Source: Lytechinus pictus (taxonomy: Eukaryota). Taken from it: a DNA stretch of 60,000 nucleotides. The notes below the pieces were generated by a model. That model made no database searches. It was not told the origin of the DNA and saw only the letters and a list, made by a program, of their open reading frames with translations. The position numbers and the translations under genes were made by a program. Below, one piece after another: positions 25,111 through 37,400 of the stretch (position 1 is its first letter; each line of letters begins with the position of its first letter). Location: positions 20,896,001-20,956,000 of the forward strand of contig NC_087251.1 of assembly GCF_037042905.1 (NCBI RefSeq). The letters run 5' to 3'.

Positions 25111-26047
25111 TACTTTGGCTATCCTTGGTTTTTTTTAAGTCGTAAACCTAGCAATCCATTAGAAATTAAGGTGTATAAATCTTGAAATGAAGCGAAATAC
25201 AGCATGATACAGGTATGACGCAATTGTGTCTCTATTATAAACACACGGTTCTCAATAGTAGGTCACTCTCGCTGCTTCTCGCATAAATTTGTAACATACC
25301 GATGATGTGACTGCATCCAAATCTCTCGTCTACCGGGTACGTTTCCATATCATACGAGCGCTGTATATATACTGCATGCACTATGTATGCGTGCATATGG
25401 TAGGTCTTATGATTACTTCCGGTATATGGATGCCGGTGGATGCCTTTGGTTTTGGTATCTAGCATCACTTTGACTTTAAGCCCTAAAAATGAATAGGGCC
25501 TATATATTTTTTTTTTCAAATATAACTCTTTTAGGATGATCCGGGGGATGATCATTCTTTATTGAGTGTGATATTCATAGAATGTTATGCCCACATTTCG
25601 AACTTATTTTGCAGGTCTATTGATATCAAAAGCTTAGGCGGCCTATACAGCGGCGACACATAGGCATATGCCGTGACATCCTCCCCCCAAACTTTGACTT
25701 CGGCAAGAAATAAAAATGAAGATAAATCAAAACACACAATGGGGGTACATGCAAGCAAAGTAACGGAAACAGATGAGCAAATATGATAAGGGGGCTCGGA
25801 AATGAAGCAAAAGACAGGGAAATGAATAAGAAGGAAAAATTAATAGAAATGAAAAAAAAATGATATAAGGGAAAATCTGAAGGAAACGGATTATAGAAAT
25901 GAAGAGAAAATGCAAATCTAAGGAAAGTAACATGAAACTATGAATAAGATAATTAATTTAATAAAAAATGAACTAGATAAAAATCAAATTTCTTATATAG
26001 GTCTAAATTGATTTTTAGTATGGTTTTCAAATAGCTTGTTTGGTAAA

Positions 26048-26163
26048 CATTGGCGGCGGAGCAGAGGATTATATTTTGTGTTTGGGGGGGGGACGCAACA
26101 ATAGATATCTATTGTTGCGTCCCCCACAAACACAAAAGATAATCCTCTGCTCCGCCGCCAATG
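26048..26163. mobile_element. Fully palindromic 116-bp hAT-like MITE
   Basis: cattggcggcggagcagaggatta ... taatcctctgctccgccgccaatg, with an exact 8-bp TSD ttggtaaa (26040-26047 and 26164-26171). Confidence 0.85.
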
Positions 26164-27289
26164 TTGGTAAAGTTATCTTTGGAAAGGTGTTAATCTGGGT
26201 CTCACAATTTCCTTATTACACAATAATCAAGTTCCCCTTCTATCTACGTCAACCACACTCCCTCTTTGTCTGTCACCGCTCTTTCCTTGTCTCTCTTTCA
26301 TGTTATCTCCACCCCCTAAACCTATCTCTTTTAGCTATTTTACAATATATATTTCTATCTTTTTTCATTTGCTTTTAGCCTGCACTCGGATCTCAAAAAA
26401 GTAGAAAAGCTTACGCCTGATATAATCTTTGAAATACTCTTCTACACTTTTATTTGAATCTTTTACACAATTGCTGGATATTTTTAGACTCAAACATCTC
26501 CATCTCTTTTTTTTCGAATTCCTATTCAAAAACTGTTTTGAAATAACTATTCATTTTTTAAAATTTCATAAGAATAAACAAATATGCTTTATTCATCATC
26601 CACCAATCAATTTATTCTTTCATTCATTGTTCATCCAGACATTCTTTTTTCATCATTTATTCATTCATTCGTCCGTCCATTCTTTCTTTCATTCATTCAT
26701 TCATTATTCCTTACAGCACCTTATTATACCCTACATCAAATCTTAATTTATTACATAAAGCTTACAAATATACCAGATCCAAAACTTTATTGATATCACA
26801 CATAGATTTTATTCATATACATGTAGTAGCTATATACAGCAAGAGAAATACAATAAAGTCGATAATTATATATGATGCACATTGAAAAAACTTCTTGACT
26901 TCTACCCCATTCCAATAGTCAGATTACACTGATCACTTCCCCAAAAGAAGTGATTGAAAATCAAAAAGTCAAATGCTGCACACTATCACCACCAATATGT
27001 GTTTTACAGCAACAAATTCATACTTTATTTCAGACATGTGACAAATTTCCAGACCATGTGTGTAAATTGTAATTTCTATGGAATCTACTCAGAACTGCTA
27101 AGAATTTTTTTTGAGAATCAAAGGGTCACAGTGAGATACGAGTGGGGGAAGTGTCGGCTCTCCTTCCTCCAAAATGGCTTCATGTAGAAGATTTGATGGA
27201 TTGCAAAATTCGGGCTGTTAACATATATGCCCCAAGACTGTCAGATCAATTATATATCACACACCTATCTTCTAAACATGTTCAAATGA

Positions 27290-27575
27290 TGACTTGTGAC
27301 CTTTGGCCTTGGGATGCCCAAATTAAATCAGATCACTGCTACTTACATAATTTTATGCCATTATGCAGACCCGAGCCAAATTTGAAATTAATCCCTCAAG
27401 ACATCCTTCAGTTATCACATGAAAAAGATATTTAAATGTATGGAAAAGGCTCTGTGAACTTTGACCTCCTGACCCATTAACTAATCAGATCATCACCACT
27501 CCATTATGTATACTTGGACAGTGTGTACTGTAGAGACGACTGAAAACATAATGCCTCCTTTGGCGGAGGCATAAA
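27290..27575 (-). mobile_element. Interspersed repeat with terminal palindrome (possibly Helentron/DINE-like)
   Basis: Terminal hairpin atgcctcc-tttggc-ggaggcat next to a poly-A/T run, with internal tgacc(t) motifs. The family assignment is tentative. Confidence 0.35.
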
Positions 27576-29036
27576 AAAAAATCTTCATACCTTATTTCAT
27601 CTGGTTTGTTTTGTTCAAAGCTATATCCAGAAAAGCCATCCCCGAGTCGACTATTATTTCACTATTTTATTATTATATTGTAATGTCCCTTCAGCATTGT
27701 GAGCTACAGTAAATCAGCAAGTATATTCTTCTCAGTGTCATAAGCCTAAGGTAACATAACATTACACAGTCAAACTCCCACAGGGCAATGTAACACAAAG
27801 GCTTGCAATATAATGCAAAATCGAAACAAAAGGTCTGATTAGAAATGCACATGCAGCAATTATCTTTATTGGACATTTCCATTTTGCGATTAATCACAAA
27901 CATTTGCATTACGGGCCTTTGTCCATGTGCAGGGACTGATGTTTAATAATTGCTTTAACTTTCAAATCAAATTCTTGACTAAAGTAACTTATGTGAGGGT
28001 GATATAAGCAAGTTTGACTGTCTTCTCTAACTCCATAGTGCCCTATGCCCAAGATAACTCGGGCTAGGATACATGGGAATTGAAAATAATAGAAATCAAA
28101 CTGTGTACAAATGCTTGAATCTTGAACTTGTCAATGGAATGCGATTGACATAAAAAAAACCTTACTATAACATATAACCAAGTGAACAAAGGAGAACCAT
28201 TCACATGTTCTATTTCATGTTTTTTCCCCATGTAAAGTTAAATACACAACACAGCGTGCTTAGAAACGCCCGTATTAAGTGCCCTATAAATGTTTTGTAT
28301 TATCATTATTATTATTAACATGGTAATGATTTGCTATCAACTTAACCAAGTGGGAGCAAAGTTCAATTTCATTGACACAGATGATTAATAGATAATGAAT
28401 TGCTTTTATTGGGGTAGGGGACTTCCATTTGGTTAATTTTCTTTAAAAATATTGGGTCGATGATCAGTTGAACTTCTATAGAAAAATGAATTATTAAGTA
28501 AATTATTATCAACTATAATTGGTACTAATTGATTCAATCATTAATAATGAGAACAAAATGCAAGAGGTTATTTCATATAAAAAATAATAAATAGATCACA
28601 AACATTTCATAAATCATTTAAGCAAGCATTGATTTCATGAATAATAGGATGGCATAGGTTTAAGCTGCAGTCATCCATTATTGGGTAGTATAGCCAGTAT
28701 TTCATAAATTTAGAAGGGGTAAATTTTAATAGTCTCCAATAAATACATTACAGATCCATCTAGACATAACAAAACAGCCTGTCCCCCCCCCCCCTCCTCC
28801 CCCAATGAGCCACTGCTAAAATGTCTGAACTGCCAATTCCAAACAAATTCACCTACCAGGGTTCTTAGGCAACTTGATCAACATATCACGAAGAGGTATC
28901 TGCCGATACACTCCTTTTCAAATTCAAATGAGCATCCTGAGAATATCAAATGTGGTAATTCCTATTATTCAAGCATTATGGGTTTATCGTAACTGGACAA
29001 TCTTATATACCCAAAATGATGAACAGGTGATCTATA

Positions 29037-30006
29037 CAGTGCGTATCAAAAAAAAGTTTACACTTCGAAAAAATCCTGTAAAATTATACATTTGTAATAT
29101 CCTGATTTTTTTCCACATTTTAACATTGGTACAGATCCATTTAAGCAAATGACGATATAACTGTTGAAAAATATTTCCGCTTGAGTGAGCACCACTTACT
29201 TTTGAAAAGTTTGTGAAAAATGATTTGCGCAGAACTTTGAAATAGTTATGCGAAGTAAGTAGACCTTAATCATGAAGAACACGTGGAATCTAGCTAGTAA
29301 AATTGATTTGAAGCTATCTTTTTACCTTTTTTAACTTGCTTCTTTGCCCAAAACACTTCGAAGAGTGCGTTGCGCCCCACCCCATTCCCCACACACCAAG
29401 GCCATCGTGACGATATTTGCTTTACACTGAGCTGTGATTTACACGAAATGGCTTAGGCTTGATTTTCATTTTGTTAATCATTGTCAAGCTTGGGAAAAGT
29501 GTGGAGAAACAAGTATTAAAAGAAAAATGAAATGTTAACCCACTTTAGATGATAAAAACTTAGTGAAAAAATGCTGGAGATGTCTGATATAAACTTTTGT
29601 TCAGATTCAGTTGTGTCCTCGGATCCAGCTGGCAAGGTTGTGCTTACTCAGTGCTAAAATTTAAATTAGGGTGGCAAAATTGTTACAAAATCCTTGAATA
29701 TATCCGTTTTATTTTAATTGACTAAAAGTGCAAGGGAAATGTATGAGAAATGTTTCGCAGGGTAAGTTTGATTTCGCCCTTTCCACTTGACACAGCGTGA
29801 AAACGAGCATTTCTGCGCAAACAGATTTCTACGAGCTTTACAAAAATGGGCAGTGTTCACTCAAGTGTAACATTCTGTCAAAACTTTTACTTTCATTGGA
29901 AAGATGAGACCTAAACCCAAGATATGTGAAAAAATTACCCAAATGTTGTATATTTTTTAATTCCCAGGGCTTTTTCAAAGTGTAAACTTTTTTTTGATAC
30001 GCACTG
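29037..30006. mobile_element. Tc1/mariner-type non-autonomous element (970 bp)
   Basis: TIRs cagtgcgtatcaaaaaaaagtttacactt / aagtgtaaacttttttttgatacgcactg with TA on both sides. No transposase ORF. Confidence 0.9.
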
Positions 30007-30566
30007 TATATGGGTAAATTTGTAAAAATCTGCAATTCAAGTTTTGTGGTAATAGTATACTTCTACTTTACTCTATGATTACCACAGAGAGGTAAAATCA
30101 TTCATTAAAAAATCTATGCAGTTCAAAGAGTGTAACAGATCAAGGGTCTGTGTGCACTGTGTATACTGAATACGATAATAGCATGCAATATTTTCTTCAA
30201 GATCATAACAAGAATTGGATTAAACATAGTATCTTACTTCGCACTTTGTAAAATAAACAGGGGGCATAAAAATCAGAGAACAAAATTAATGAGATTAACA
30301 ACCTATACACAAGAATTTTAACAGAAAATAAGCACAATGACTACATATTTGTCAAAATTTATTTTTGCTTGAGTTGAGATTGAATTGTATGTTGCAAGGG
30401 AATCAGGGTAGGCCTATCTGCAATAAGTGAATTTCTTGAATGCTACCTTTTGGTAGCATTCAAGAGTATTCATACCAGAGTATATCCATGTAGCTGTATA
30501 GATCCTGATAGGAGATTAATGCTAATATCCTCACATAAGACGATCACAGATATCACAAATTTGGGT

Positions 30567-31033
30567 TAAATCAATGATAGTGTAGTAGGTTTCACGGTAC
30601 ACCATGTATCTTCCATGGGCAAATATTGGTCAAGTGTTGCTTGAAATTCAGGAATGCTTAGAAGCATACTGTAGGGCGATTCCATAAAATATATACGTCC
30701 GACCCCATATGTGTGAAACCTTAATAAAATTTTCTGTCTCTGATTTCTGGTTCTTTTGACAGTCCTGAAAAGGACCACCCAATCTCGACGTTTCGACAAG
30801 TGTGTTCTTGTCGTCCTCAGGAGAATGTACCGTGAAACCTACTACACTATTCTTCTTTGCCATGGAAACCTTCAGAAGTTACATAAATCAATGATGTACA
30901 TTTCATCTCAAGTTTGTTGAAATTCAGGAATGCTTAGAAGCATACTGTAGGGCAATTCCATAAAATATATACGTCCGACCCCATAAATGTGAAACCTTAA
31001 TAAAATTGTCTGTCTCTGATTCTTTTGACAGTC
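30567..31033. repeat. Direct duplication (~130 bp) plus 25-bp perfect inverted repeat around a Penelope-like remnant
   Basis: 30630-30764 is repeated at 30908-31033. 30577-30601 is the exact reverse complement of 30826-30850. taaatcaatgat precedes both copies. Confidence 0.85.
30781..30826 (-). ncRNA. Minimal type I hammerhead ribozyme motif (Penelope-like element type)
   Basis: Minus strand reads tctc-CTGAGGA-c-gacaag-aacaca-cttgtc-GAAA-cg-TC-gaga: conserved core, 6-bp stem II, palindromic ACGT stem III, GUC cleavage triplet and a 4-bp stem I. Confidence 0.75.
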
Positions 31034-31453
31034 TGTAATGCTCTCAAATTACCATCACTTGGTCAGTTTATGAAGTGAAGTAAAACTTGAGAAAAATGGA
31101 AGTTGTATGTACAAAAGGTTGATTATTTAACGGAATTGCCCTGTAAGCATTTCGTTTCTCTGCAGATATTCTGGTCTAATGTGGTATAGAGTAGCAGTAA
31201 ACTATTCATAGCTCTCATTGTTAGTATCAAAAGATTTCTGACTTCATGATCCAAACGCTACACCCTGGATATACAGCAACTATATCAGTAGTTAAGGTCT
31301 TCAACTGGTGCTGGTAAAGCCGCTGTGGCATATTGCCTTTAAATTGTGATTGCGAGAATGCATCAAATTTCCAATAAATATCTTAAATTCACAATGTCTG
31401 TTATCTTCATTATATCATCCATATGAATGAAACTTTGAAGGTAAACATCTCTT

Positions 31454-34400
31454 TCATTGCTCCTCCCCAAGTAAAGTGATCTGAGGGGAAAGAAGAGAAG
31501 AAAAGACAGAATAATATACTTCTTACAACTGCACAATCAAGACAACAAAATGAGAAGTGCAAGGCTTGTCCTCGTATTACTAAAATAATTTGGGGGCAGT
31601 TTCTTGAAACATTCGCAAGACTGAGATTATAATATCTCCTTGAAACATACGTTACTAACGTTTTAAATTGTGGACTGAATAATGGTAAAAAAGTCTAAAA
31701 AAGAAAGAAACATTACTATAGAGTATTGTTTTGCATGTTACCCCCAACAGGACAGAATCAAAGATTCCATTAACGGTTATTCAGTAATAGGCAACTACTT
31801 TTCGTCATGGATGCCTTCATTTTTAAATACAGTGTTGTTGTTTTTAGAAACAAATGCAAATAAATTTAAATTGATAATTATAACCATTCAAGTTAATTGC
31901 ATGAATGTGCATTGATGTAAGTGGGATGCTTAAAGGTTACAGATATAGTATCAAGAATACTTGAATTTACCTGTTTCATAAACTGTGCAGAATTCAGCAC
32001 TTCACTGCAGCCATACGTTATCTTCTTGCCTCCGCTTCCGGTGCTTGATTTACTCTATTTCAAAGCAAACACGCAAATGAAAAAAGACAAAATATTTGTA
32101 AAAACTTCAATGATGACAATGAGTCTCAAAGTTCAAAAAAGCTTTGGTGCTTCTATATTGCCTTACTTAAACAAATGAAAGTAAGTGGTGCATCAACTGA
32201 AATTGAGTTTTCAATGTGTTTTATACAATTTACAAATTAATTTCTTCCTCCGGGCAAAATTTCATAGAGAGACATTCCAGACACTTAGATTGCTTCATTA
32301 CAAGAAAGATCACAGGGACCTGTGTTATAAAGATTTGTGATTGATCCAATCAATCTGAACTGTGAAAAGTGATCTACATGTTTGTCATGATATTTCCATC
32401 TAAGAGGCAGATGAACTGTCCCTTAAAAAAAAAAAGGGATCCCTGCAAAATTATGCATGCACAGGTGCTTATCATAGAGAAAACTTTAAATTAACTTATA
32501 CATTCTAGATGAAGATTTCACTGGCATTCTATCATCTTGATTGATTAGACAAAACCCAATTCTTTGGAAGACAGTTCTGAAATTTAACACAAACTTAATG
32601 AAAAAGAAATTTACCTTGACATAGTCTAATAGATTCTGGTATTCTATATAGTTTCCTCCTCCAACTACAAACACAATGGCTTCCTGGTATGGGGTCTTGG
32701 TCCGGGGGACGGAAGAACTAAAACATGAGGAAAGACAATATCAGTAACATTTTGATATTTCTCTTTAAACAAATAAAGTTAAGATTGAAGGGTGACTATG
32801 AAGGTGAATCACATGTGGGTTGATTTAAACATAGCATATCTAATCTGCATGTTTGCATTATCAACCATGGTAATTTCTTGCAAATGATTATTGATTATGG
32901 TCAGTTACATTTGAGAAAAGACACAGAAACATTTCTTGACTATTCACTTTCCTGTGCATAATTTTCTCTCCCTTTTCTAATATATTCTTATTGTGAACAT
33001 GATGCTAAGCAACAGCATTTGGTAAGCTCACATTAAATATTAAAGAGTGTTTATTAGAATTAATGGTGTAATAATGGCAAGTTCATCATCAATTTGATTA
33101 TACGTACCTGTCTGTCATTCTTAGAAGCTTAGGATCAAAATATCTGTAATCGTCCGTTTCCTAACAACAAATGAAAACACAATATATATAATAGCGTAAT
33201 TCAAATAAAAAACTTGTTAACGTACTTTCTTAAAATCAAAAGAAAATCCAAAGATACTAAAATGAACATAATACACCACTTTTTGAAAAAGCCTCAAAAC
33301 TGAATGAAATAAATCTAGCTGATGAACAAAAATCATAAATATACAATTGCACACACATTCCCCATACAGAGCTACAAGACCTATGCTAAAACATACAAGG
33401 GACTCTTTTTTTATCTGGCAATTTAAAGATATATATTAAAGAAGGTTCAATATAAAATTGTAGGTAAGAAAAGAAAGGAAATCTTGAACAGTACTACAGT
33501 ATGTATGGAACGTAAGGCAGGATCTCCTTGAATGAAAATAAAACAAATTCATGATAATAGTTCATAAAATCATGACATTTGATTGGTGGAAAGCAAATCT
33601 GATTTGTATCTATTTATTAAAAAAAGTTCAAGAAAACAATGATTATAATACAATTGCAAATCTCTGATTGGATCATTGCATATTCTTAATACAGTGCTAC
33701 TTACTGTATTTGACTTCAGCTCCATTAGAGAATCCACAACTCTTGTGACAGGGAGATTCTAAGTTAACAACAATAAATAAAAAGGAAATTTATAAATGAA
33801 ACAACATAATAGGGAAAGGAAAATACATTCATACTTGTTATAATAATAGCTCTGTTGAGATTGAGAGAGTTGATATATATCTACTCACATGTTTCTTGAC
33901 CACAAAGTTCTTTACACCTTCCATGACAAAATTGGATCCTGTACTCATGAGTTTAGAGAACATTCCTACTGTCTTCGTTCCTCCACCTCCATACTGGCTA
34001 GGTGGAGCAGCCATCTTACTGAAAGCTCTACAAATATGAAAGAGATTCATCAAGTGGTATTTGTAGATGCCTTGAAAGTTATATAATGAAAATTACAATG
34101 TATTTTCATTGTGCATTTTTCATTTGCATGTTTAAATGTGCTTGTAAAAATAAATAAACAGAAGATGTGAGATTGGGACATTTCTGAGTATATTGACTGT
34201 CTTTTGTTCTCAGGGAAATGAATAAATGTTAAGTATAGTAAATAACTGCATAATTATACAAATTCAAAATGTGATTAAAAAACCATAAATGTACCAAAAA
34301 TATCAAACTTACTTCCATCTCTTGATATAATCCAATGGTGCTAGATTACAGCCGGCTGCTTCTAATGCTGTTCTGTATTGCTCAACTTCCGACTGTAAAA

Positions 34401-37400
34401 TAATATACAATGACAATAATAATTAAAATAGAAATACTATACATGAATGAGACTATTGTATATAATTTATGATATGAATGCTGGCATATCATGAAATGCT
34501 AGTACATCACATTACACAAAAAATATCACTGGAGGAGAATGATGCCCCAGCCAGAATGCATGTACTGCATTTCATTCATGAGCATAACTTGTAAAATGAA
34601 GAATTTCTCCAACAACAAGATTTTCCTGATTTTTGGCAATAAGTTTCGGATAGGATCTTTGTCTATTAATATTATTCTAAAAACTGAGGAAGTACTACAA
34701 TCCTCAAGTGTTCCTCATTTATTGCAGTATCCAAGGAATACATGACATCATCAGCTCTTTCATTTGCATTCTGCCCATGTATGCATATCACTGCTTTATG
34801 AAAGTATGCAGTACTCTTTCACTCTACTTTCAATATTGTTGAAATGTTCTGTCATGCACTTTTATTTCATTCAGGTAAAATTGCTCTTGATTTGGAATTT
34901 GCCTGTAATGTCACATATATTTCTTATCCAAATTATAACAAAATTACTAACCTCTGGTACTGATGGAGAGCAAATGTAGAATATAATGAAAAGTCTCATC
35001 TTATCTTCTGGTAAGCCAGCATCAGGATCTGAGATCACATCCATCAAAGATTTATCTAATGTCTGTTTGCTCATCAGTTTTTCTTCAAGTTCAAAGTACA
35101 CATCCAGTTTCCTGGCCTTCAAAATATGAAAATCAAGTAAAAATGTTATGAATCATCATTAATAATGAAATATGCTAGGTAATAATAATTTTTGTACTTA
35201 CATGGAAATCATTTAAGTACAAAAATAAGTGAAGTGTGAAATGGCTCTGTTGCACTCTCTAAAGAAGGAATGGAATACAGGCAGACCCTCAGTAGAATTC
35301 AATGAACAGCAGTGTTCAGCAACAACTATCTTTATATCATGACAATAAACACCTTCAATTAAAAACAAAACTCCAAGTTCCTGGTTCTCTATCCATTTGA
35401 ACATAATCATATACAATAGACATAAAAATTAACGGTTTAATAATTAAGCTTCCAAAATTAAACTTACCAAAAACAATATATAAAACTCTTCTTAAAAGCA
35501 ATCATTCTTACCTTTATATGATCAAGAAGAGCAGTGGCAATATTCATGTGCATGTCAATGTGTCTTTTCTTCTCAAGTAATTCTGGAAGAGAGCTGTAGA
35601 GGGTAGGGGGTCAAAGACAACTTTAGAAAATATATAAATCATTTTCGTTGTTATATCTACTAATTTATGATGTTGTTTATGCTTTGCAGAATGCTCTACA
35701 ACTCATCATCATCATCATCATCATCAACATTACCATCATCAGTATTATCACCACCACCACCACCATCACCATCATCATCATTATCAACATTACCATCATC
35801 AGTATTATCATCACCACCACCACCACCACCACCACCATCATCATCATCATCGTCATCATATATCATCAGCATCACCATCATAAGACTTACCTTACTGCAG
35901 AAGTTAATCTAGCTGTTGCGTCTGAGAGCATACTAATTGCCTCCTCATCTTCCCCTTCAAGTCCCTAAATTAACATAAAGAAATATCAATGTTCAATAAT
36001 GCTACTCTATGAATATAACAAAGCGCAAACAAATCAAACAACTAATCAATATCCATTGAAATCAGATGAAAATGTCCTTTGGCAAGGCACTTATCCACAT
36101 TCGTCACTCTCCACCCAGGTGTTAAATGAGTAACTGGTAGGATGTGGTGAACGTCAATGTGATTTGACTTGCACGTGTGCACCGATAAACAGTTGTCTGG
36201 CCAGGATACACCCCAGAGATGGTTTTTGGGTGTACTTGACCCAAGTGGGTGTACTTTCCACTTTCATGAAGATCATTCTCATGATATATATAAAATATGT
36301 TAACTTACCATAGCTGATTTGAGTTTCTTCACTTCATCTTCAGAAGCCCTGTAAATATCTAACTCATTCTGCACTGCCTCAGCTACTTCAGGGAATGGAC
36401 TGTTGGAAAACAAATGCACAAGAGTCACAAATGAAATCAAATCGGGATAGTTCTGGTCATTCATAGTGAAAATTTACCAAACATGTTTATTTGGGCAAAG
36501 ATAATAAAAGTAAATGGACAATGACCTTCAAATGACCTTGCATGGCTGACAAATGAACAGACAAAAGAACCAAGAGACAAGCAGGAATGAAGTCAGAAAT
36601 GCCATGTCACAAGACTGAAAAATAAGAATTGCTGTCACATTACATTAGATTTACGACTCCTGCTGAGGCCAAGGCTGATAAAAGCTTGCCTCAAGGCCAA
36701 ACCTAAACTCCATCCCAGACAAGCATACATCAGGGTCCTGTCTTACAAAGAGTTACAATTGATCCGATCAATCGCAATTCTATGGAAATCCATCATTGTC
36801 ATAATATTTTCTACGAGAAACAATGTCATTTATAAACAAAGAGCAGCATACTGAATTTTCAAGAAAACAATGAATTTATGATTATACATCATAATTAGAA
36901 AGTATTTTGAACATGCATTTTAGATGTTGATGTTGCTGGCTTTCCATAGTTGTGGTTGATTGGCTCGCAACTCTTTGTAAGACGGGGCCCAGAATCTAAC
37001 CTGAGATTTTAACTTACTTTCCCTTTTGTCCTATCCAGAACTTGTCCGTGCAGGATAGATCATAAGACTTGACCTTTTTCCTGGTTCTTCCTGGCCCTCC
37101 ACCTGGACTACTGATTGGTACAGTTTCTTCTAATGTCACTCTATTCAGTTGCAAATCCTGTTCATTCAAACAATATCAATGAAAAAAAATATGATGCAAA
37201 TGTAACCTTTTTTAAGTAGTCAAAATCACAATCTTCCAAATTCTATCCATTTTTCGGGGAAGTCCTGATGGCAAAAAAGAAATATAATAAATCCCTTAAT
37301 CATGACAGTGTGATAAGTATAAATCTAGATTTAGAATCCAGTTGTTGATTTTATTACATTAAATTTAATCTTAAAGTGAACATCACAGACAGAGGAACGC

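Noticed and set aside
35648..35968. Overlapping poly-I/T, poly-P/S, poly-M/V and poly-D/G ORFs (also 18810-19073, 23928-24173, 59289-59483)
   Set aside because: They are translations of trinucleotide microsatellites.
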